DNA from: Octopus bimaculoides
Lineage: Eukaryota
Length of the DNA stretch: 44,449 bases
Direction of reading: 5' to 3'
NCBI RefSeq assembly: GCF_001194135.2
Contig: NC_068999.1
Span: forward strand, 29,451,181-29,495,629
Below are positions 36,235 through 44,449 of this stretch, piece by piece. Under the pieces are notes generated by a model. It did not search any database. It saw only the letters and a list, made by a program, of their open reading frames with translations, and was not told where the DNA came from. The position numbers and the translations under genes were made by a program. The stretch's first letter is position 1; each line of letters starts with the position of its first letter.

Positions 36235-36922
36235 CTTTCAACACATGATTTCACATCAGGAATCTTGCAAAACAGATACATAAACATAATAATGTATGGT
36301 GTTGATTATATAATAGTTACCACAAAAGCTGCAACTTGTTTGAGACAAAAGTTTCTCTTTCTGTATGAAGAAAGATATTTTGAGACTAGTCAAAAGTACG
36401 ATGTTGACCTATCACAGTGAAATATGCTCAATAAATGTAAACAATATGTTATGTGATTGGGAACAGCAGCTGGATAAATTAAAGAGGGAAAAATATTTTA
36501 TGAAAATAAGTTGACAATTAAAATCAAAAGCACCAAAGATAATGACCACAATATGCCAATATGGATATGCAAAGGAATGAATTCCATATGCTGAGTGAAA
36601 AAGTATGGTGAATTATATAAGAAACTGAAGTTGCAATAAGCCTATGAAGCCTTGAAGCAATTAATTATAAACATTGATATCCATCCTATGACAATATAAT
36701 ATAACAGACATTAAAGTTATGATAATGATAGATGAATAACAGACTAAATTGTTAAAGTTTTCAGTAAGGCTGCAGAAACTAAATTCAATAGGGCTTAGAA
36801 AGTTGAAGTTATTGTTGGTGTTTTTGTTCTCTATTCATTTATATATCATAACATTTTATCATAGGTTTATGTATGGAGGTATTTTGACATCCCATTGAGT
36901 ATCCTGTCACATGCATACATAC

Positions 36923-36953
<31 letters not shown>

Positions 36954-36954
36954 A

Positions 36955-37238
36955 GATTGCACCTAGAAAGTTTCTCTCCATTGCACAAGTTCATGCAAGC
37001 TTGTGTATGGAAAACCAGCAGCCCATGCATACCGGCCTTCCTTCTCCATGCCAGCAATGTTATCTGATGGAAAGGCAAAGTCTGATGCAACTTGGCACGA
37101 GTGATGTCATTTCTACAGCTGAGTGAACTGGAGCAACTTGAAATAAAGTGTCTTGCTCAAGAACAAAACACACATCCCAGTCTCATTACTTCATGATTGT
37201 GAGTCTGATGCGCTAACCACTGAACCATGTGCCTTCAC
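36955..37238 (-). mobile_element. tRNA-derived SINE (same family as 20790-21018)
   Basis: Plus strand CTACAGCTGAGTGAACTGGAGCAAC..AAAGTGTCTTGCTCAAG..CTAACCACTGAACCATGTGCCTTCAC. Confidence 0.75.
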
Positions 37239-37799
37239 ATATATATGTATATAGTAAAATAACAGGGAACCACCATTAGTAGAAGAGGTTAGGAAAGTAC
37301 TGAAAGATCGGGAAATAAAATAAGACAAGAAAAATTCAATAAAAAGTAGTAGAGTACAAGGAGGTATGAATCGGTGTAATTTTCCATAATAGATTTATGC
37401 ATACAAAAGTTTTAAAGGTTCATAAATGTAAGAGATTAAAGATCTATAAAAGTTTTAAGGATACAAAAGTAGATAGGTAGATAAATAAATAGACAAGCAG
37501 GTTGATAAATGGATAGGTAGATAGATTGATAGATAGAGAGATTATCGTACATGTGGTGTATGACCTTTTGAGAGCCTTGTTGTGTGTTATAGCTATATCT
37601 CATTAGCACTTTCAAATCAACAACTACAACGTCAAAAGCAACTGTAATGACAGTAACCAGACTGAAACCATAAATGACCAAAGGAGTGGAAGGATTGACA
37701 ACAAAGAGAAGAGTGACAGAGAGCAGGCCAACAGAAGAATTAAAAGGGAGAAGAGTAAACACTGAATCTACATTAATCTACTATACTATGGAGAGGCAG

Positions 37800-38170
37800 T
37801 AGAGACAAGTTAAGAAACCACATCAAGAGATCTGGCCTCCATGTCAGAATCACAAGTTGGGACCACACACTCAGATTTGTCCTATCAAATCAATACAACC
37901 AATAAAGAGTGACTGGCTGTGTTTTAAATCCAACACGGTGTACCAAATTCTCTTGTGAAGACACATAGGATCAACCAGAAGACAACTTCACCTTAGAGTA
38001 AAGGAACACCTCCACAAGGCCACACCACTCTGTGCTATGTTCCAACCACCAACATCATGGTGCAAGTTTCTTCACCCAGATACTGGCAAGGGGGATGGAT
38101 GCAGCTCACAATAGCTCACACAATAGACATTATCAAAAAAGAACAAGGATTAAGAAAGCCTGATAAAAAA
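37800..38170 (+). mobile_element. Penelope-like GIY-YIG remnant
   Basis: KSNTVYQ-FSCEDT-IGSTRRQLHLRVKEHL (VYxFxC..YIG.T.R.L..R.KEH). Confidence 0.6.
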
Positions 38171-38559
38171 GCATATATGCTAGTATACCCATGTCATCAA
38201 GAATGCTGTTAGTCTTATTAATGATGGAAAATGGCACATCAATACAATGGGGAAAACCATTAATGTCAGCAATCTAGTAAATATATGCACATACACGACT
38301 GAAGCACTTGAAGAATCAGATATGATTTGTAACATTTCGGTTAAAAATATCACCCACATAATGTACGTTTGTGTATATATATGTGTGTGTGTGTAAATAT
38401 ATACATGCATATGTTTATATTATTTATATTATTATTTAATTGAATGCCACGCATCCATTTCCAAGTAAGCTTTTCTTTACCTTTTTGATGCAACTCTACT
38501 CTATACTGTTTTCTTCCCTCACCCTTCTCTAATTCCCTTTTTCTTCCCCTTCACCATTT

Positions 38560-38600
<41 letters not shown>

Positions 38601-39040
38601 CCCTCTTTCTCTTTTTCTCTCATTGCTCACACGTGACCATCGTCCATCTTTCTTTTCCTGCAAGGACGTTCAAAGGACTGAACGTTTTCTTTTTCTCTCT
38701 CTTCTATCTTTTCTCTTTACAAAGAAACTATTTCTCCCAGTATTCACTATTTTCCTCTCATTCTGGTCTAATGACCCACCATGTCCTATTTTTGTTCCCA
38801 GCTTTGACCCTCTATAAATCTTAAATTTTATTTTGAAATTTATGGGAGCAACTGTCTTTGAAGACTCATATTGTTATTGAATGCTTGAAATGAGGGGTAG
38901 ATAGACAGCCGACAACTGATGAAGGGTCCTTCTCTGTGTTTACTTGACCTGTTTTCCATTTTTTTCTCTCATTGTTTGCGTAAACTCGTTTGTGTTCGTA
39001 TTTCATGTTTTTTACACAGTTGGTACTCATATATGCATAT

Positions 39041-39685
39041 CATCATCATCGTTGTTTAACGTCCGCCTTCCATGCTAGCATGGGTTGGACGATTTGACTG
39101 AGGACTGGTGAAACCGGATGGCAACACCAGGCTCCAATCCAATTTGGCAGAGTTTCTACAGCTGGATGCCCTTCCTAACACCAACCACTCAGAGAGTGTA
39201 GTGGGTGCTTTTACGTGTCACCCGCACGAAAACGGCCACGCTCGAAATGGTGTCTTTTATGTGCCACCCGCACAAGAGCCAGTCCAGGGGCACTGGCAAC
39301 GATCTTGCTCGAAAACCCTACAAAGGCCAGTAAGGCGGTATATATATGTCTGTACGTATCGTCGTCGTCGTTTAATGTCCGCCTTCCATGCTAGCATGAG
39401 CCGGACGATCCGACTGAGGACTGGCGAAACCAGATGGCCACACCAGGCTCCAATCTGATCCGGCAGTGTTTCTACAGCTGGATGCCCTTCCCAACGCCAA
39501 CCACCCAGAGAGTGCAGTGGGTGCCCTCACGTGTCACCCGCACGAAGGCCAGCCAGGCGGCACCGGCAACGGCCACGCTCATCTCGCTCGAGAAATCTCA
39601 TGTGTCACCCGCACAAGAGCTAGCCCAGGGGCTCCAGCAACGATCCCGCTCGAAAATCTCACAACAACCCCACACAAGAGCCAGT
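39041..39685 (-). mobile_element. Two tandem copies of the (GAT)n-tailed SINE
   Basis: Copies at about 39041-39330 and 39357-39685, each with TTTAA(C/T)GTCCGCCTTCCATGCTAGCATG and CTACAGCTGGATGCCCTTCC. Confidence 0.85.
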
Positions 39686-40361
39686 TCATATGTATGTATA
39701 TATATATGTGACAATTGAAGGACAGGTGTCAATTCATTACAGCCATTTCTAATGAATTTTTTAATTGATTAATGAGTATATTATATCATTATAAAAAAAC
39801 ATTTTCTTCAGATGAATACATGAATTTTACAATCAAGGACATTTAACATAATTTTAAATAATTTAAAATCTACAGCAACATACATATTCAATGATTCTGC
39901 CACTAGTTCAGTTGCAAATGAGCTCACCAAAACAATGTACATTCAATCAGTTCAGCGGTGGGGGGTGGGGGGGGCAGAAAATATAGGGGTTAGTTGGCTT
40001 GTTATCGAGGGGGAAGGAGTGACTTCCAGTGACCTAATTGTCTCCAGTCTCAACAACAGAGGAAGAAGTGGCTCCATTTGTCTAAGAAGAGGTTTATTGT
40101 CCACTGACAAGGGGTAAGAATCAATGATTCACGATCATTCCAACCTACTTAATTATTAAGGTCATTTGTGATGGAACCAAAATATCAGACTTAATCACTG
40201 CTACCAGACAAAGAAGAGGGAAGCGAAAAAGGAGAAGATAAATGAAAATAAGAAAGCCAATCTTAACATTTTACTAATTACCATTATACTAATATAGAAA
40301 AGAATTTAGAAGGATAAAAGAATAGAGAAGATAGAGTTTTAGTGGTAAAGGGGTAGAAGGG

Positions 40362-41930
40362 CTAGTTGATGAGTGCAAGTGCTTGGCTCCCACTATATTT
40401 ATTATTCACAGCCCCATCTTGTTTACTACTATTATTCATATTACTCTCAGTATTAAGTGTAGTCATATTATGGTTGTTAGACTTACAATTATTAAACAAA
40501 TCCCTATTTATAGGATTACAGGGAAATTTAGTACTATTGATATTTATGTCATTAAGTTTATTAAAAGTGTTAGTAGGGCCTATATTAATATTACTATTAT
40601 CACTACAGGCCAGTTTTATTGTACCCAGATTAGGCAGGGTAGAATAGGAGACTCTTATTTTCCCACATGAAAATAGCCTACTATATTTATGTGAAGTGGG
40701 GAAATTTCTCTCTAATATTCTCAGAAATTTTCTATACAGATTAGTGGTTATTGTGCAATTGAAAGGCAGAGTATACCAGATTATGTCACCCTTCTGTACA
40801 TTCTTACTTTTGAGCAAGTTGCCCTTACCAGTCCTGGCTAGTTCCCAACCTGCGCTTGTTTATAAACATGCTTGTTTATGTTATTACCATAAATGTTTAC
40901 AATTTATTTACAGCTAGTATTGACCTCATTTTTTTTCCATCCAGTTCTTCACTTTTAGTGTGCTTATAAGACGCCATTTTACCTCTATCATCCAATCTAT
41001 TATTGCTATAATTCCAGCAAATGATTCCATTTGGTCTACAAAGAACACCTCTACTAGATCTATATGTTAGTTCACTTAGATTTATGTTCATTTCTATCAG
41101 GTTCAGAGGATTCAGTTGGATTATTATAACGGTCAATATTCCTATATTCTTAGTTTGTTTTATCACTCAATTTAGTCTTAATGATCTGACTATTTGCTAA
41201 TTTATTATCATAGGTGTTCATATTGTCAGAGTTTTCAAATATATCTTGTTTATATCCCACCTTGGATAGAGCAGAATTGTAAAAATGGGAATAGGAATTG
41301 AATATATCTACATTAGCAGATAATTGCATAATCCTTTGTGAAATTCCCATTGCTAATGACTTTAATACACAAGTGGGGTCATTTGAAGATCTATTCACAT
41401 ATCAAGTAACTTTCTCCAGTTTTCTATATGGATTGTATAAATCAGAATTTAGATTTAATGTTGCATCTAAGAAATTTACTACTTTGGTGTCATATTCAAA
41501 AGTAAGGTCCAAGTTAAAGTTTCTAAAGAAATTTCCTAATTTTTTTACATGTTCTTTTTATGACAACCCTACTATTATTTGGTATAACAAACAACACATC
41601 ATCCCTATAAAGACCACTATGTATATCAGGGAACTCTCTACCAAGACAGTGCAGGAGGTAGGGTCCAACTCAATGGCCAAGTCGCTTTAACCCATGGTGA
41701 TATCAAAATTATCAGGGATATCGCTTCTCATCCATAGTTTACCTTCAAATTCGATTATAATTTTCCTAGCTAAAAGGATTATATACTCAGTTGGTTCAAA
41801 TTAACTGCATGCATAACCAGTTTTTAGATGAATACCAACCTTGGTATTCATTCTGCCAATACTTCTGTACCAAGGTTGGTATTCATCTAAAAATTGTTGT
41901 GTGTGTGTTTTATTCTGACCTAACTAGGCG
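40362..41930 (-). mobile_element. AT-rich Penelope-like element (GLYRDD-type), disrupted
   Basis: SGLYRDDVLF; SNDPTCVLKSLAMGISQRIMQLSAN..FYNSALSKVGY; GDIIWYTLPFNCTITTNLYRKFLRILERNFPTSHKYSRLF..VSYSTLPNLG. Confidence 0.85.
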
Positions 41931-42000
41931 CCTTAACTTTAAGTATCTTATTCAACTGAATCTTGTTTATATTATGTGTATATATATGTGTGTGTATGTG

Positions 42001-42031
<31 letters not shown>

Positions 42032-42234
42032 ATATATACGCACATACACACACAAACACATATGCATACATATGCGCACACACGCACACACATTAAAGGA
42101 TAAGGAAAACAAAACCAAGGTAGGATATGTATCTCGGGTCAGTTAGAATATTTAATTAGAGTAAGGTGAATCAAAAATAGAGAAGTAGAAATAATTAACC
42201 CTTTTGTTACCAACTTGGCTGAAAGTCTTGTTCT

Positions 42235-42657
42235 GAGTGAGAAAGATCATGAAGAAGGTGGACTACATCTTTCAGCAGGATGGTGCCCCAGCCTTCACAG
42301 CCACGGTCATGCAAGAGTGGTTGGGGTTGAACATGAACTTCTAGTCACTGTAGTCACCCAACCTCAAACCCCTAGACTACAGCGTGTGGGCACATGTCGA
42401 GGGCAAGGCCTGTCACAGCAATGTTGATGAACTGAAGTTCTCTGTCAACTGCATGTGGGGTAGCATGAGGAAGGACTTTGTCTGCAATGTGTGTACAACC
42501 TTCAGGTCTTGCCTGGAGTGCATGCTTGCCACCAAGGGTGACCACATTGATTAATACTAATATTTAAACAGACATTTAACTGCTTCAAAACTATTGTTGT
42601 CTTTTGTTGAGAGTGATGTAACAAGGGTTTTGTAACAAGAATTTTGCAAAGCCCAGT
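42235..42657 (+). mobile_element. Tc1/mariner DDxD-type (maT/rosa-like) transposase C-terminus and right end
   Basis: YIFQQDGA-AFTATVMQEWL..SPNLKPLDYSVWAHVEGKAC..FRSCLECMLATKGDHI. Ends ...TTTTGCAAAGCCCAG followed by TA repeats. D-D spacing cannot be counted reliably in this decayed copy. Confidence 0.8.
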
Positions 42658-42705
42658 ATATATATATATATATATATATATACATACATTTATTTTATAG
42701 ACATC

Positions 42706-42803
42706 TCTACAAAAAAACAAAAGACAAAGATGAGTGTATAAACAACAAACAGATGTATTAGTTTAATGCTCAGGAAGTGAGAAAGTCTTTTACGTTTCGA
42801 GCC
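42706..42803 (-). repeat. Penelope-type terminal repeat fragment
   Basis: Minus strand GGCTCGAAACGTAAAAGACTTTCTCACTTCCTGAGCATTAAACTAATACATCTGTTTGTTG is homologous to 28982-29050. Confidence 0.85.
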
Positions 42804-42804
42804 T

Positions 42805-42849
<45 letters not shown>

Positions 42850-44094
42850 TCATACATACACATGCATATTTTTGTACATCTGTGCATGTGCATACATGTT
42901 ATCCTTTACTTGGAAAAGGAAATAAGGGTTTGTAATAAAAAGTGCAAGCAAAGAAAAAGGACTAAAATGAAAGGAAAAAATCAAACTATATATTGTCCAC
43001 ATAACATTTATATATATGTTATGTGAATGGTAATATTTTGAAAACAAAAGTGTTTAATTTTTAATTTCAGATATATAATTGTGTGTGTGTGTATGCGTGT
43101 GTGCATATGTTTGTGTGCATGCGAGAGAGAGATGGAGAGAAAAAAACTATTAAAGTAAATACAGTTTACAATAAAAATTCAAAAAAATTCAGAATTTATC
43201 TTCAGAGCAAAACCTTTAAAAGCCGATGTCTGCTTTAGCATCTCTCACTGTCACCCACTCCTACTCCGTATGTTGTTTTACTCTTCTTTCTCTAACGCAT
43301 GACTGACAGGAAACACTTTTGTATAAATATGTAGTTCACACACACAAACTGGTCATGTTAATTTTGGGTATCAGTATTTCTGAAATCCATGTCCAGATGT
43401 TTGAAATTTCCCTTACTTATCAGAAAACATTCAGGCAAATGGTAACCTTTGCAAGATAAGGCTTTCTGAAAGGATCTCCTCAGAAACAACAATTTCCTTC
43501 ATGGGATGTAGAAGGGTGGATTATAAACACGAGCCTGATTACTTGGGAGTTGAGGTGTTCCAATCTATTATTCTCAAGTACTCATTACAGCCTTATGGAA
43601 GGCAATGAAATGTGGGGAGGGCCAGGAAGTGCACCTATATGTAATAATTGTCTCTCACAGATGGAGTAGGAATATAGTAAACTGGTTAACCATCAAGTTT
43701 CATTTGTGCATTATAATAAAGTCAAGGGCAGCATAAACAAAGTGTTGTGAGAATGAGTGGTGTTAGATTAAGTGAGCCATTGTTAGTAGGTGGCCTTGTA
43801 ACTTTATATTTCAATAGCAGCAAACAGTATCTTACAGCTCCCAAGCCTTTCCTTCTTTTCTCCTACTTCTCATTTAACCTTTGTAAATCACCAACCCCTC
43901 CATACCTTTTGTTTTTACAGGATTTCTTCTAATCTTTACCAAATCTCCCTCTAATCACTCACCTACTCAATCTATGTTTAGTCATTATCTTAAATATAAT
44001 GGGTGTGTGTATATCAGTCTTATGTATTTGTGTACACACACACTTTCTCACATACACATTTGTCTTTACATATGTGTAAGCTCATATATATATA

Positions 44095-44400
44095 TCTATA
44101 TATATAAAAATGAGAATGTGTGTCTGTCTGTCTGTCTGTCTGTGTGAATCCCTAAAACTTGAGAACTACGAAACCAATTTCATTCAAATTTTACACATGC
44201 CTTACTTAGGGTTCCAGTTGTGTTTTAGTCAAAAAAATTTTTAACTTCTTGCAGAGTTCGAGCCCACGGCAACATAATATCTCCTCCACTATTTAAGTAT
44301 TACGTGTCAAAAGTGAAACAAAAACACTCATGTCAAATACTTTCACTTTAAAAATGAAACTATTCTACTAACTGAAACAATCCCATTTCGATACTGTAAT
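44095..44400 (+). mobile_element. Non-autonomous Helitron-like (HINE/DINE-type) element 5' part; 3' limit uncertain
   Basis: TCTATATATATAAAAATG..., (GTCT)n microsatellite, then AACTACGAAACCAATTTCATTCAAATTTTACACA core. Confidence 0.6.
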
Positions 44401-44413
44401 GACAGATACTTTC

Positions 44414-44444
<31 letters not shown>

Positions 44445-44449
44445 TGTAT

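Noticed and set aside
38885-38930. GAAA...CTGATGAAGGG as a hammerhead ribozyme
   Set aside because: No convincing stems I/III or GAAA after stem II.
42195-42212. TTAACCCTTTTGTTACC as a piggyBac end
   Set aside because: No matching inverted partner found in the window.

Overview
AT-rich, gapped (seven N runs) eukaryotic scaffold made almost entirely of decayed transposable elements and microsatellites. No intact host protein-coding gene can be supported. The SINE families resemble those I recall from octopus/coleoid cephalopod genomes (inference, not searched). Contents: a head-to-tail array of Tx1/L1-clade LINE copies on the minus strand (about 6.2-15.2 kb), R4/Dong-type RLE retrotransposon fragments, at least seven Penelope-like (RT/GIY-YIG) remnants of several lineages, a full-length piggyBac with intact TTAA/TIR ends but a broken transposase, hAT, mariner and DDxD Tc1/mariner remnants, a non-autonomous Helitron-like start, several SINEs, a tRNA-Lys-like pseudogene and two long inverted repeats. 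The most interesting structure is the Tx1 array: every unit is bounded by copies of one ~20-35 nt motif (minus-strand consensus roughly AGTGCCTTTTACTGAACGGACGT). This is the pattern expected from repeated sequence-specific insertion at one site, and the site lies about 250 bp upstream of the tRNA-like gene. All protein assignments come from hand translation and recalled motifs, not database searches.
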